Shown piece by piece: positions 9,463 to 22,592 of a stretch of DNA of 62,706 nucleotides. The first letter of the stretch is position 1, and each line of letters begins with the position of its first letter. The notes below the pieces were generated by a model that had not been told where the DNA came from, did not search any database, and worked only from the letters and a program-made list of their open reading frames with translations. The stretch lies in assembly GCA_945876945.1 (NCBI GenBank), contig CAMCQE010000006.1, positions 1 to 62,706 of the forward strand. The letters are read 5' to 3'. The DNA is from Klebsiella pneumoniae. GTDB lineage: Bacteria; Pseudomonadota; Gammaproteobacteria; Ga0077536. The position numbers and the translations under genes are program-made.

Positions 9463-10836
9463 TCAGGCGTCTGACTTTGGTTTGGCTGGGCGCTTCCAGC
9501 CGCTGATAGTTTTCTGGCGAACCCGGCTAATGACCAGTCGGTCGGGCTCGACATTTTCGGTCACCGTGGTGCCTGCACCGATAGTGACGCCTCGACCTAT
9601 CGTCACGGGCGCCACTAGCTGGGAATCGGAACCAATGAACACATCGTCTTCAATCACCGTTTTGTGTTTGAACGCGCCGTCGTAATTGCAGGTGATCGTG
9701 CCGGCGCCCACATTAACGTTATTGCCGATATCCGCGTCGCCCAGATAGGCGAGATGATTCGCCTTTGAATGCTTGCCTAGGCGCGATTTCTTGACCTCAA
9801 CGAAGTTGCCCACATGCACGCCCTCAGCGAGCTCGGTCTCAGGCCGAATGCGCGCAAACGGCCCGATTCGGGCGCCGGCGCCGATGCGGGCCCCATCAAT
9901 GACCGAATTCGCCAGGACCTCCACATTATCGCCAAGGGACGCGTTCGAAATCACGCAGTTCGGGCCGATGCGCACGTTGCAGCCCAGCGTCACCTGCCCT
10001 TCAAAGACCACGTTAACGTCGATGGTGGTGTCGGTGCCTGAAACCAGCTCTCCCCGCACATCGACCCGCGCAGGGTCCATCAGCGTTACACCGCCCGCCA
10101 TGAGTGACTGGGCCAATCGACGTTGATGCACGCGCTCAAGCGCCGCCAGTTGGTTGCGATCGTTAACGCCCGCAATTTCCATTTCGTCGTTGGTCGTAAC
10201 CCCTTGAACGACGATCCCTTCGCTCACCGCGCGCAACACGCAGTCGGTCAGGTAGTACTCGCCCTGCGCGTTGTTATTGGCGAGCGTCGGCAGCCAGCGG
10301 TGGAGGTATTCCCCCTTCACCACCATGATGCCGCTGTTAATTTCGCTAATCAGGCGTTCATCCGGGGCCGCATCTTTTTGCTCCACGATGCGAGCGATCT
10401 GTCCGGCGGCGTCGCGCACGATTCGGCCATAGCCGACCGGGTCTGACACCTTGGCCGTCAGCAAGGAGAAGCCACTCGTGCGAGACGCCTCGAGTAACTG
10501 TTCGAGAGTTCCGCGCCGAATGAGCGGCACATCCCCGTAGAGAATCAGCACCAGGTTGTCGGCCGGAAGCAAAGGTAGGGCTTGCGCGACTGCGTGGCCG
10601 GTCCCCAATTGTTCGCGCTGTTCTACCCAGTCGATAGGCCTGCTCGCCAGCGCTTGCTGTAGCTGCGATCCACCGTGACCGAACACCACAACGGGCCGAG
10701 TTGGCGTGATGGCGCTCGTCGTGTCGAGTACGTGGGAAACCAGCGGCTTGCCGGCGATCTGGTGCAGAACCTTGGGAGTCGCCGAGCGCATGCGCTGGCC
10801 TTTGCCAGCGGCAAGGATGCAGAGAGAAATAGTCAT
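9463..10836 (-). CDS. glmU: Bifunctional UDP-GlcNAc pyrophosphorylase/acetyltransferase
   Basis: ILAAGKGQRM, QLGTGHAV, YGDVPL, GEYYLTD, hexapeptide repeats, GAGTITCNYDG. Confidence 0.97.
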   Translation of the reverse strand: MTISLCILAAGKGQRMRSATPKVLHQIAGKPLVSHVLDTTSAITPTRPVVVFGHGGSQLQQALASRPIDWVEQREQLGTGHAVAQALPLLPADNLVLILYGDVPLIRRGTLEQLLEASRTSGFSLLTAKVSDPVGYGRIVRDAAGQIARIVEQKDAAPDERLISEINSGIMVVKGEYLHRWLPTLANNNAQGEYYLTDCVLRAVSEGIVVQGVTTNDEMEIAGVNDRNQLAALERVHQRRLAQSLMAGGVTLMDPARVDVRGELVSGTDTTIDVNVVFEGQVTLGCNVRIGPNCVISNASLGDNVEVLANSVIDGARIGAGARIGPFARIRPETELAEGVHVGNFVEVKKSRLGKHSKANHLAYLGDADIGNNVNVGAGTITCNYDGAFKHKTVIEDDVFIGSDSQLVAPVTIGRGVTIGAGTTVTENVEPDRLVISRVRQKTISGWKRPAKPKSDA

Positions 10837-10924
10837 GCGGCCGAGCGGCCAGATGCGATATCGCAAGAGTGTGTCATCTTAACCACCCTCCTGTGCTTGG
10901 CCCCATGGCGGGGCCTCCAGCGAA

Positions 10925-10944
10925 CGGGGCGACTGAGCGCCCCG
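10925..10944 (-). terminator. Hairpin after atpC (possible terminator/stabiliser)
   Basis: CGGGGCG-actgag-CGCCCCG; weak U-tract. Confidence 0.45.
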
Positions 10945-10956
10945 CCCCATTTCCCG

Positions 10957-11376
10957 TTAACCGCCGCGGCGACGAAGCCGCTGGATGGTCTGGAGCTGCG
11001 CCGCAAGTTCGGCGAGTTCGGCATGAGCCTTCGTGAAATCCACCTTGTCGGAGCGATTCGCGAGCGCCTCCTCGGCTTCCTGCTTGGCCTTCATCACGGC
11101 CGCTTCGTCGAGGTCGTGGGCCCGGATCGCAGTGTCCGACAACACGGTAACGACTTTGGGCTGAACCTCGAGCATGCCGCCAGACACGTAAAAGGCCTGT
11201 TGTTCACCCCCTACCATCTGGACCCGGACCTCGCCCGGGCGCAACGGCGTAAGCATGGCGGCGTGGCCCGGCAGGATGCCGACCTCACCCAGCCGCGCGG
11301 GCGCGAACACTATCTCGACGTCACCGGAGAAGATTTCGCGCTCTGCGCTGACGATCTCAACATGAATGGTGGACAT
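10957..11376 (-). CDS. atpC: ATP synthase epsilon
   Basis: EIVSAE, GEVGILPGHAAML, VSGGMLEVQP; operon position. Confidence 0.96.
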   Translation of the reverse strand: MSTIHVEIVSAEREIFSGDVEIVFAPARLGEVGILPGHAAMLTPLRPGEVRVQMVGGEQQAFYVSGGMLEVQPKVVTVLSDTAIRAHDLDEAAVMKAKQEAEEALANRSDKVDFTKAHAELAELAAQLQTIQRLRRRGG

Positions 11377-11394
11377 GGGCGCTGGCTGCCTCGA

Positions 11395-13672
<2,278 letters not shown>

Positions 13673-13690
13673 GGCGGAGGTTTCCTGCGA

Positions 13691-15232
13691 CTACCAGGTC
13701 TGGGTCTGCTTGAACGTCCCGATAGCGGTCTTCAGTTCGGCCTCAATGGCATCGCTGAAATCACCGGTGTCGTTAATCGTCTGCAGCAGTTGGGCATGGG
13801 CGGACTTCATGTACCCGTGGAGCGCGCTTTCGAAGGCGCCAACCTTCTTCACTTCGACATCGTCGATGTAGCCGCGGTCGACTGCGAAGAGAGACACCGC
13901 CATGTCCGCGACGGACAGCGGCGAATACTGCTTCTGCTTCATGAGCTCCATTACACGCTGACCACGGTCGAGCTGCTTACGGGTCGCCTCGTCAAGGTCG
14001 GAGGCAAACTGCGCGAAGGCCGCGAGTTCGCGGTACTGCGCGAGGGCAAGACGGACACCGCCGCCGAGCTTCTTGATGATCTTGGTCTGGGCGGCGCCAC
14101 CGACTCGTGACACCGACAGACCGGCGTTGATCGCAGGACGGAAGCCAGAGTTGAACAGGTTCGTTTCCAGATAAATCTGACCGTCGGTAATCGAAATCAC
14201 GTTGGTCGGCACGAATGCAGACACGTCACCCGCTTGGGTTTCGATGATTGGCAACGCGGTGAGCGAACCGGTCTTGCCGGTCACCCGGCCGTCGGTTTCT
14301 TTCGCCACCCAATCCGGGTTCACGCGCGCGGCGCGTTCCAGCAGACGGGAGTGCAGATAGAACACGTCGCCAGGATAGGCTTCGCGACCCGGCGGGCGGC
14401 GGAGCAGCAGCGATACCTGACGGTAGGCCCAGGCCTGCTTGGTCAAGTCGTCATAAATAATGAGCGCGTCTTCGCCGATGTCGCGGAAGTACTCGCCCAT
14501 GGCGCAACCGGAATAGGGCGCGATGTACTGCATGGCGGCAGACTCGGAGGCGGTCGCGGCAACCACAATGGTGTGGTCCATCGCGCCGTGCTCTTCGAGC
14601 TTGCGAATCACGGTGTTGATTGACGACGCCTTCTGACCAATCGCGACGTAGATGCACTTAATGCCAGTGCCCTTTTGATTGATGATGGTGTCGATTGCAA
14701 CCGCGGTTTTACCCGTTTGACGGTCGCCGATGATGAGTTCGCGCTGACCGCGGCCCACGGGCACCATCGCGTCGATGGACTTCAGACCGGTTTGCACCGG
14801 CTGCGAGACTGACTGACGCCAAATAACGCCCGGCGCGATCTTTTCGATCGGCGAAGTAAGCGTGGTGTTCAGGTCACCTTTGCCGTCGATCGGCTGGCCC
14901 AGTGCGTTAACCACGCGACCGAGCAAGGCTTCACCGACCGGCACTTCCAGAATGCGCTTGGTGCAACGGACCGTGTCGCCTTCCTTGATGTGCTGATATT
15001 CACCCATGATCACCGCGCCGACCGAGTCCTGCTCGAGGTTCAGCGCCAGACCGAAGGTGTTGCCGGGGAATTCGATCATTTCGCCGGACATCACATCGGA
15101 AAGGCCGTGGAGACGGGCGATACCGTCGGTCAAGCTGACCACCGTACCTTCAGTACGGCCCTCGGTCGCAATGTCGAACTCCTGAATCTTCTTCTTGATG
15201 AGTTCGCTGATTTCAGTCGCGCTGATTTGCAT
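13691..15232 (-). CDS. atpA: ATP synthase alpha
   Basis: [30 protein letters not shown]. Confidence 0.99.
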   Translation of the reverse strand: MQISATEISELIKKKIQEFDIATEGRTEGTVVSLTDGIARLHGLSDVMSGEMIEFPGNTFGLALNLEQDSVGAVIMGEYQHIKEGDTVRCTKRILEVPVGEALLGRVVNALGQPIDGKGDLNTTLTSPIEKIAPGVIWRQSVSQPVQTGLKSIDAMVPVGRGQRELIIGDRQTGKTAVAIDTIINQKGTGIKCIYVAIGQKASSINTVIRKLEEHGAMDHTIVVAATASESAAMQYIAPYSGCAMGEYFRDIGEDALIIYDDLTKQAWAYRQVSLLLRRPPGREAYPGDVFYLHSRLLERAARVNPDWVAKETDGRVTGKTGSLTALPIIETQAGDVSAFVPTNVISITDGQIYLETNLFNSGFRPAINAGLSVSRVGGAAQTKIIKKLGGGVRLALAQYRELAAFAQFASDLDEATRKQLDRGQRVMELMKQKQYSPLSVADMAVSLFAVDRGYIDDVEVKKVGAFESALHGYMKSAHAQLLQTINDTGDFSDAIEAELKTAIGTFKQTQTW

Positions 15233-15289
15233 GGGTCATCCTCGTCTGTTCAAGCATCGGGTCACGTGAGTGCCGGCGATACTCGGAGG

Positions 15290-15829
15290 TCACTTGATAT
15301 TGAATACGTTGGCCAACTGGCTGAGACCGCCCCGGAGTGAGGCGTCAAACACCATGTCACCGACCTTTACTTTGGCTCCGCCGATAAGCGAGCTGTCGAT
15401 CGTCTGAGAGATGCGCACCGCTTTGCCGAGCCGGGTTTGCATCGCACTCGCAATTCGGCTTTCGGTGGCAGCATCTAGCGGGAAAGCCGTCAGTACCTGT
15501 ACCTGAGCCACGTTATCCAGCGTCGCACGGTGCGCGGCGAACGCCGTGGCAATTTCTGGGGCTATTTGCAGTCGTCCGGCGTCGAGCAGGACTCACACAA
15601 AGTTTCGAACCTTTGGCAGCAGGCTGTCTCCGGCGATAGCGGAAATAAGCTCAAGCAAGCGGCCTTTGCTCACCGCCGGGTCGGTGATGACCCGACGCAT
15701 GTCGGCATCGTTCACCACGAGCGCCAGAAAGCTCAGAGACTGATCCCAGTCGCCGACGGCGCCATCCGCCTGAGCCACCTCGAATGCGGCTTGGGCGTAG
15801 GGACGCGCGATAGTGAGGTTTTCTTGCAT
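15290..15829 (-). pseudogene. atpH: ATP synthase delta; full-length frame (179 codons plus stop) broken by one in-frame TGA at 15593-15595. Apparent nonsense; may be a sequence error or read through
   Basis: ORF-track fragments 15593..15829 and 15290..15511 share a frame; continuous reading TIARPYAQAAF...VRNFV*VLLDAGRLQIAPEI...IDSSLIGGAKVKVGDMVFDASLRG. Confidence 0.85.
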
Positions 15830-15844
15830 CGTTGTAGCGCCGGG

Positions 15845-16315
15845 TTACAGCTGGGTGCTCAGCTTGTCGAGCACTTCCTGATGTTTGGCCGCGTCGATTT
15901 CTCGCATCAGAATTTTTTCTGCACCCGCCATCGCTAGCGCTGCAACCTGCCCGCGGAGTTCTTCGCGGGCCTGCTGGATTTCTTGCTCGATGCTGGCCCG
16001 GGCGGCTGCCAACTGGCGCTCGCCTTCGGTCTGAGCGGCCGACTTGGCCGCCTCGACCATTTCGTCGGCGCGCTTTTGGGCGTTGGCGAGGAGGTCCTGA
16101 CTTTGGCGCTTGGCGCCGTTAATCAGGTCGTCCACCCGGTCCTTGGCGCTGACAAGCTCCATCTGACCCTTTTCGGCGGCCGCCAGCCCGTCGGCGATTT
16201 TCTTCTGACGTTCGTCGATCGCACGCATCAGCGGCGGCCAAACGAAACGGGAAGTGAACCAGACGAAGGCAAAGAACCAAACGAACTGGGCAACTAGCGT
16301 GAGGTTGATATTCAT
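15845..16315 (-). CDS. atpF: ATP synthase b
   Basis: [33 protein letters not shown]. Confidence 0.97.
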   Translation of the reverse strand: MNINLTLVAQFVWFFAFVWFTSRFVWPPLMRAIDERQKKIADGLAAAEKGQMELVSAKDRVDDLINGAKRQSQDLLANAQKRADEMVEAAKSAAQTEGERQLAAARASIEQEIQQAREELRGQVAALAMAGAEKILMREIDAAKHQEVLDKLSTQL

Positions 16316-16360
16316 CTTGAAACTTCCCGGTGGTCAGGCAAAGCGCCGATTAACTGCGCT

Positions 16361-16657
<297 letters not shown>

Positions 16658-16693
16658 CTAGAAGAAATTAAGCGTAGTTACAAAGTGATCGGG

Positions 16694-17509
16694 TTAGTGG
16701 CTTTCGTGCGCCATGGCGACATAGACGATGGTCAGCATCATGAATATGTAGGCCTGTAGCGCGACGATCAAAATATGGAAGATGGCCCAGCCGGCAGACA
16801 GCAGCGCACCAAAGAAGGTACCTGCGAGGCCGGTGGCAGCCCATAAACCAAGCAATAGGAAGATGATTTCACCGGCGTACATATTGCCGTAGAGCCGCAG
16901 GCTGTGGGACAGCGGCTTGGAGATGTACTCGACCAGATTAAACAGGAAGTTCGGAATCCAGAGCACCGGGTGTCCGCCGAACGGCGAGCAGGTGAGCTCG
17001 TGGAACCAGCCACCGAGGCCTTTGGCCTTGATGCTGTAGTAGATCATCAGCACCCATACCGCAATCGACAGACCGAACGTGGTGTTGATGTCGGCGGTGG
17101 GGACCTGTCGCCATTTCTCCAGGCCGAACACATGCTCGTAGATGTAGGCGGAGATATCGACCGGCAGGAAGTCCATCGCGTTCATGAGGAACACCCAGAC
17201 AAACACGGTTAGGGCGAGCGGCGCCACAAAGCTGATGTTGCCATGGAAGATGCTCTTCACCTGGTCGTTGACGAACTCAACGGCCAGCTCCACGAAAGCC
17301 TGTCTTTTGCCGGGCACCGCGGAGGTGGCACCGCGGACAACCAACCACATGAAGCCGCAGCCCAGAATACCGAGCAGGACCGACACCACCACTGAATCGA
17401 CGTTGACGCTCATGAACGGCGTGTCGCCGACCGGGTGCGTCATGAAGGAAAGATGATGGCTGATGTAGCTGGTGGGCGTCAGCGCGTGTTCTGCGTGTTC
17501 GGCTGCCAT
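16694..17509 (-). CDS. atpB: ATP synthase a
   Basis: [45 protein letters not shown]. Confidence 0.97.
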   Translation of the reverse strand: MAAEHAEHALTPTSYISHHLSFMTHPVGDTPFMSVNVDSVVVSVLLGILGCGFMWLVVRGATSAVPGKRQAFVELAVEFVNDQVKSIFHGNISFVAPLALTVFVWVFLMNAMDFLPVDISAYIYEHVFGLEKWRQVPTADINTTFGLSIAVWVLMIYYSIKAKGLGGWFHELTCSPFGGHPVLWIPNFLFNLVEYISKPLSHSLRLYGNMYAGEIIFLLLGLWAATGLAGTFFGALLSAGWAIFHILIVALQAYIFMMLTIVYVAMAHESH

Positions 17510-17578
17510 GTGTGATGTCGTGTTTCGTTTCCGAAGGCTATGAAAAGCCGTTCTGAGCGCGTTAAAACTTGTCGATCT

Positions 17579-17989
17579 TCAACCGTGCCGTGTGAACCAG
17601 ACCGTGAGCCACTGCGCGACCCACGCTCCTACGAGCCCCGCTAAAAAGCCGGGCCATTCCATTTGCGTTCCTAACCAGCGAATGCCGAGCACTAAAGCTG
17701 CAACGGTGAGCAGAAGCTTACCGCCCTCTGCCACCAACAGCGCCGCGATGCTTGGTGTTCTGCCCAGGCTGGTCCTTAGCCAGAGCGTGATGCCTGCAAA
17801 CATGAAGGGGCCAACGACCGTTAGCGCCCCTGTGAGACAGGCAATTGCGTACGAGATACCGACGGTCAGCGCCAAGGCACCGGCGACGCTCCCTGCGATG
17901 ACGACCTGCAACACCAGCGTGGTGAGGAGCAGCCCCGCCATTCCCCGTCGTGACGATTCAGTCTTCACGACGCCCGGTTTGCCCCGCAA
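17579..17989 (-). CDS. atpI: ATP synthase protein I
   Basis: Four-TM hydrophobic protein with AEGGKLLL motif, first gene of the atp operon; start uncertain (17989/17968/17941). Confidence 0.75.
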   Translation of the reverse strand: MRGKPGVVKTESSRRGMAGLLLTTLVLQVVIAGSVAGALALTVGISYAIACLTGALTVVGPFMFAGITLWLRTSLGRTPSIAALLVAEGGKLLLTVAALVLGIRWLGTQMEWPGFLAGLVGAWVAQWLTVWFTRHG

Positions 17990-18014
17990 CGCAGCATCCC
18001 GAAAAAGCGGGCGG

Positions 18015-18044
18015 ATTGTAGGAAGATTCGTCGGCGACAGTCAA
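18015..18044 (-). promoter_or_regulatory. Sigma70 promoter of the atp operon
   Basis: Minus strand TTGACT-N18-TACAAT followed by GC-rich discriminator CCGCCCGC. Confidence 0.7.
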
Positions 18045-18089
18045 TTAAAAACTTGGTCTCGGTCATACAAATATCTGCGGCGTGTGCGC

Positions 18090-18962
18090 TCAACGGATGT
18101 GGGCGAGAATTCCGTCGAGTTCTTCCAGTGAGCCGTAGTTGATCACCACGGTGCCGCTGCCGGTGCGGCCGTGTTTGATACTGACCGAAGCGCCCAAGCG
18201 CTCGGACAACTGTCCCTCCAGTTGCGCGACGTTCGGATCCTGTCGCGGTGTTGGCGCCGGTGGCGGCGTCGGCTGGCTCAGGTTTTTGACCAGCTTTTCT
18301 GTCGCACGAACTGACAGCCCTTCGCTGGCGACGCGCGCGGCAAGCATTTCCTGTTGCTCTGCGGGCAGTGGCAATAGCGCCCGCGCATGTCCCATCTCGA
18401 TGCTCCCAGCTTCAAGGAACCGCCGGGCGCCGGGGCTTAAATCAAGCAGGCGCAGGAGATTGCTCACCGCCGCCCGGGAGCGCCCGATCGCGTCGGCGAC
18501 CAGCTGATGGGTCATCTCGAATTCGAGAATGAGCCGCTGAATCGCCAGCGCTTCTTCCACGGGATTCAGTTGCTCGCGCTGGATGTTTTCGATTAGCGCA
18601 ATGCTCATCACGGTCTGATCGGGAATGCGCTTGATGACGGCCGGCACTTCATGCAGACCCGCCAGTTGCGCCGCCCGCCAACGCCGTTCGCCAGCAATTA
18701 ATTCATAGCGCCCGGAATCCGCTATCGGGCGCACGACGACCGGTTGGACCAAGCCCTGTGCCCGAATCGAAGCTGCCAGTTCTTCCAGCGTTTCAGGCTT
18801 GATCTCAAGCCGGGGTTGATAACGACCGCGCTGAATGAGGTCCACTGGCAAGATGCGAAACTGGTCCCCGGCGGCATCGTCTATCGCTTCCGGCGCAGTC
18901 GCGCCGGCGCCCGCACCGAGCAGCGCGTCGAGTCCGCGTCCGAGGCCTCTTTTCTTGTTCAT
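18090..18962 (-). CDS. parB: Chromosome partitioning protein ParB
   Basis: RGLGRGLDALL, YQPR, IAGERRWRAA, ALIENIQRE, HTH RSRAAVSNLLRLL. Confidence 0.97.
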   Translation of the reverse strand: MNKKRGLGRGLDALLGAGAGATAPEAIDDAAGDQFRILPVDLIQRGRYQPRLEIKPETLEELAASIRAQGLVQPVVVRPIADSGRYELIAGERRWRAAQLAGLHEVPAVIKRIPDQTVMSIALIENIQREQLNPVEEALAIQRLILEFEMTHQLVADAIGRSRAAVSNLLRLLDLSPGARRFLEAGSIEMGHARALLPLPAEQQEMLAARVASEGLSVRATEKLVKNLSQPTPPPAPTPRQDPNVAQLEGQLSERLGASVSIKHGRTGSGTVVINYGSLEELDGILAHIR

Positions 18963-18973
18963 CGCAGATCCTT

Positions 18974-19762
18974 TCAGGCGCCGCTGGCGGCCTGTGCCGC
19001 GTCGTCCCGACGCAACATCTCGCCCGCCAGCGCCAGATAGGCCATCGCGCCGGCAGAAGATTTGTCGTACAGCAGTGCCGGGAGCCCGTGGCTCGGCGCT
19101 TCAGCGAGGCGCACGTTACGCGGGATAATTGTTTTGTAGACCTTGTCGCCAAAGTGCTGGAGCAGTTGCTGGGAGACCTGATTCGCGAGATTGTTCCGGG
19201 GGTCGTACATGGTTCGCAAAAATCCCTCGACTTTCAGCTGGGGATTGAGGAATTTGCGGATTTTCTCGATGGTCTGAAGCAACGCGGAAATGCCCTCCAG
19301 CGCGTAGTACTCGCACTGGGTGGGGACGATCACCGCGTCAGCGGCAACCAGTGCGTTGACTGTCAGCATGCTCAGTGCCGGCGGACAGTCGATGATGATG
19401 TGGGTGTACCGATCGCGGACTTCTTCGAGCGCTGTTTTGAGGCGCAGTTCGCGCCCGAACTCCTCCAGCAAACCCACTTCGGCACCGGTGAGGTCGCCGT
19501 TCGCTGGCAGCAGGTCATGGGACTGTTCGCCGGTCGGCACAATGGCCTGCGCCATCGTGGCATGGCCCATCAACACGTCGTAACTCGAGTGTTCCAGGGC
19601 GCTTTTATCGATGCCGCTGCCCATGGTGGCGTTGCCCTGCGGATCGAGGTCGATCAGCAACACCCGACGCCGCGTCGCGGCCAGAGAGGCCGCAAGGTTG
19701 ACGCTGGTGGTGGTCTTGCCTACACCACCCTTCTGATTAGCGATTGCGAAAACTGTCGCCAT
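18974..19762 (-). CDS. parA: Chromosome partitioning ATPase ParA/Soj
   Basis: ANQKGGVGKTTT, DLDPQGNAT, DCPP, QCEYYALEG, IPRNVRLAEAPSHG. Confidence 0.97.
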   Translation of the reverse strand: MATVFAIANQKGGVGKTTTSVNLAASLAATRRRVLLIDLDPQGNATMGSGIDKSALEHSSYDVLMGHATMAQAIVPTGEQSHDLLPANGDLTGAEVGLLEEFGRELRLKTALEEVRDRYTHIIIDCPPALSMLTVNALVAADAVIVPTQCEYYALEGISALLQTIEKIRKFLNPQLKVEGFLRTMYDPRNNLANQVSQQLLQHFGDKVYKTIIPRNVRLAEAPSHGLPALLYDKSSAGAMAYLALAGEMLRRDDAAQAASGA

Positions 19763-19857
19763 GGGAATTGCCGCTGTTGTGGAGACACCGCGTGCAGCCG
19801 GTGAGCCGGTCGGGGTGGGCGGAGGATTATTGCATAAAGCTTCGGGCAGCCCGCAAA

Positions 19858-20502
19858 TCAGTCCGCTCGACCCAAGCGACCGCAATCAATCACCACGACG
19901 TGGCGTTCCTGCCAACCGGGCACACAGAGCGGGCGCGGGTCGCAGGCGCCTGCGGCGGGCCCCAATTCTTGCAGTTCATCAACCGGCAAACGGCCTTTCA
20001 GCGCGAGAATTTGGGAGCTTGGGGTCTGCAAATGCGCGGTGAGCGAAAGAATCATCGCCAGACTGCCTACTGCCTGACAGACGATCGTGTCGGGCAGTAC
20101 TTCGGGATACCAGTGTTCGATCCGCGATTGCACAACCTCAACATTCGGCAGCGCGAGCTCAATGCGAACCTGCTGTAGAAAGCGCGCCCGGCGCGCGCGG
20201 GCTTCAACCAGCGCAACCTGCCAATCCGGCCTGAGGATGGCGAGCACCAAGCCCGGCAGTCCCGAACCACTGCCCAGATCTGCCACTAAGGGGCCCTTTA
20301 CATGGGCGGCAACGGCTAAAGCGTCCGCAATGAACTTGCCGGCGAATTCATCGGCCGCCTGCGCGCCCGTGAGATTGGCAAACCGGTTCCAGCGCTCCAC
20401 CAGTTCAACATAGGCTACGAGTTTGGCGCTTTGCGCGGGCGCCAGCGGAATCCCCAGACTGCTCGCCGCAGCATCGATCAGCGTGTGGGCAGTCGCGCTC
20501 AA
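19858..20502 (-). CDS. rsmG: 16S rRNA m7G527 methyltransferase (GidB), with atypical active-site residues
   Basis: WNRFANLT, DLGSGSGLPG, ALKG, ERHVVVI; lies between mnmG and parA. Confidence 0.9.
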   Translation of the reverse strand: MSATAHTLIDAAASSLGIPLAPAQSAKLVAYVELVERWNRFANLTGAQAADEFAGKFIADALAVAAHVKGPLVADLGSGSGLPGLVLAILRPDWQVALVEARARRARFLQQVRIELALPNVEVVQSRIEHWYPEVLPDTIVCQAVGSLAMILSLTAHLQTPSSQILALKGRLPVDELQELGPAAGACDPRPLCVPGWQERHVVVIDCGRLGRAD

Positions 20503-20512
20503 ACCGCCTCCA

Positions 20513-22399
20513 TCATCCCGCCTGCGCGGCCTTGTGACGTTTGAGGTAGACCAGCAAAAGGGACACTGCAGCCGGGGTCACCCCCGAAATGCGCGCCGCC
20601 TGGCCCAGCGTATGAGGGCGATGCAGAGTGAGTTTGTTAACGATTTCGTTGGATAGACCCGAGACCGTGCGGTAATCAAAGTTGGCCGGCAATTCCGCAT
20701 CGGAGAAGCGGCGATTGCGCTCGATTTCATCCTGTTGGCGCGCCAGATAACCGCTGTAGCGGGCGTCGATTTCAAGTTGCTCGATCACTTCAGGGTCGGC
20801 TACGCCGGGCCCCACGCCGGGCAGGCGCATGAGGGTGGCGTAGTCCATTTCCGGGCGGCGCAGCAGGTCGGCAAGGTTCTGCTCCTTGCGTAAGGGCTGC
20901 CCCAGAATGTCGGTGGCGATGGTGCTATCCAGCCGGTCGGGAGAGAGCCAGTGCCCGGCCAAGCGCTTGCGTTCGCCCTCGAAGCTGCTTTGCTTCTGTT
21001 CAAAGGCGGCCCAGCGCGCGTCATCCACCAACCCGAGTTCGCGGCCGGCGGGCGTCAGGCGCAGGTCGGCGTTGTCCTCGCGCAGCAGCAAGCGATATTC
21101 GGCCCGACTGGTGAACATTCGATAGGGCTCGGTAGTGCCTCTTGTGACCAGGTCGTCGACCAGCACGCCGATGTAGCCTTCATCCCGCCGCGGATACCAG
21201 GGCGACTGCTCACGCACCCGCAGTGCGGCGTTGATGCCGGCGATGAGCCCTTGGGCCGCGGCTTCTTCATACCCCGTGGTGCCGTTGATTTGCCCGGCGA
21301 AAAATAGCCCCCCGATCTGTCGCACCTCCAGCCAGGGGTGCACGCCGCGCGGGTCGAAGTAGTCGTACTCAATGGCGTAACCGGGGCGCGTGATGCGCGC
21401 CGATTCAAAGCCTGCGATTGAACGCACGACCTCGTACTGCACATCAAAAGGCAGGCTGGTGGAAATACCGTTGGGATAGATTTCCGGCGTCGTCAGGCCT
21501 TCTGGCTCGATAAAAATCTGGTGCGCCGTGCGGTCGGCGAAGCGCATTACCTTGTCTTCAATAGACGGGCAATAGCGCGGGCCGGTGCTTTCGATCTGCC
21601 CGTTGTACATGGGCGAACGGTGAATCGCCTGCCGGATGATCTCGTGGGTGCGTTCGCTGGTGTGCGTGATATGGCAGACGGTCTGCGCGGGATGCTGGCT
21701 GGCGCTGCCCATGAAAGAAAACACCGGCACCGGGTCGTCTCCGGGCTGGCAATCCAGCTGTCGGTAATCAATGGTGCGGCCGTCGATGCGCGGCGGCGTG
21801 CCGGTTTTAAGGCGTCCAACGGGTAAATCGAGAGCCCGCAAGCTGGCCGACAGTCGATTGGCAGGGGGGTCACCGGCCCGCCCGGCCTGATATTGCGCTT
21901 CGCCCACGTGCACCAAGCCCGCGAGAAAAGTGCCTACCGTCAGTACCACCGAGCGCGCGCTAAAGCGCAAGCCGAGTTGGGTGACCACGCCCGTGACGCA
22001 GCAGTTCTCCACGATGAGGTCGTCAACGCCCTGTTGGAAGAGGTCAAGATTGGGCTGGGTTTCCAGCCGCTCGCGAATAAAGGCGCGATAAAGCGCCCGG
22101 TCGATTTGGGCACGCGTGGCGCGGACCGCCGGCCCTTTACTCGCGTTCAAGCGTCGAAAGTGAATCCCGCAATGATCGGCCGCCACCGCCATCACGCCGC
22201 CGAGCGCGTCGATTTCGCGCACCAGATGGCCCTTGCCGATGCCCCCGATGGCGGGATTACACGACATGGCGCCCAAGGTCTCGATGCTTTGCGTGAGCAG
22301 CAGCGTGCGCGCCCCCATCCGGGCGCTGGCCAACGCCGCCTCGGTGCCGGCGTGACCGCCGCCCACGACGATAACGTCATATTGCTGAATCAGGGACAT
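20513..22399 (-). CDS. mnmG: tRNA uridine-5-carboxymethylaminomethyl(34) enzyme GidA
   Basis: [58 protein letters not shown]. Confidence 0.98.
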   Translation of the reverse strand: MSLIQQYDVIVVGGGHAGTEAALASARMGARTLLLTQSIETLGAMSCNPAIGGIGKGHLVREIDALGGVMAVAADHCGIHFRRLNASKGPAVRATRAQIDRALYRAFIRERLETQPNLDLFQQGVDDLIVENCCVTGVVTQLGLRFSARSVVLTVGTFLAGLVHVGEAQYQAGRAGDPPANRLSASLRALDLPVGRLKTGTPPRIDGRTIDYRQLDCQPGDDPVPVFSFMGSASQHPAQTVCHITHTSERTHEIIRQAIHRSPMYNGQIESTGPRYCPSIEDKVMRFADRTAHQIFIEPEGLTTPEIYPNGISTSLPFDVQYEVVRSIAGFESARITRPGYAIEYDYFDPRGVHPWLEVRQIGGLFFAGQINGTTGYEEAAAQGLIAGINAALRVREQSPWYPRRDEGYIGVLVDDLVTRGTTEPYRMFTSRAEYRLLLREDNADLRLTPAGRELGLVDDARWAAFEQKQSSFEGERKRLAGHWLSPDRLDSTIATDILGQPLRKEQNLADLLRRPEMDYATLMRLPGVGPGVADPEVIEQLEIDARYSGYLARQQDEIERNRRFSDAELPANFDYRTVSGLSNEIVNKLTLHRPHTLGQAARISGVTPAAVSLLLVYLKRHKAAQAG

Positions 22400-22528
22400 G
22401 ATTGCCTCGTTAGCGGTGCGCTGCAAAACGGGCGGGCAGAATAATCTGATTTCAGTCGCCGGCCCAAGCGCGGCCCGCGGAAAGCCTCGAAACTTTTAGT
22501 TTTGGCAGCGGTCTGTGCCAGCGTTGAC

Positions 22529-22592
22529 GGGATCAGAGCCACTGTGGAACAGTGCCCGGCCGTCGGCGGACCAAGGCCGACCTCCTGATCTC
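22529..22592. other. Candidate three-way-junction RNA structure in the mnmG/ABC intergenic region
   Basis: GATCAG/CTGATC closing stem enclosing CACTGT/ACAGTG and GTCGGC/GCCGAC hairpins. Confidence 0.35.

Noticed and set aside
15560-15595. Selenocysteine reading of the atpH TGA
   Set aside because: The position aligns to Arg, not Cys, and the downstream sequence offers only a weak GTCC/GGAC stem, not a convincing bacterial SECIS.
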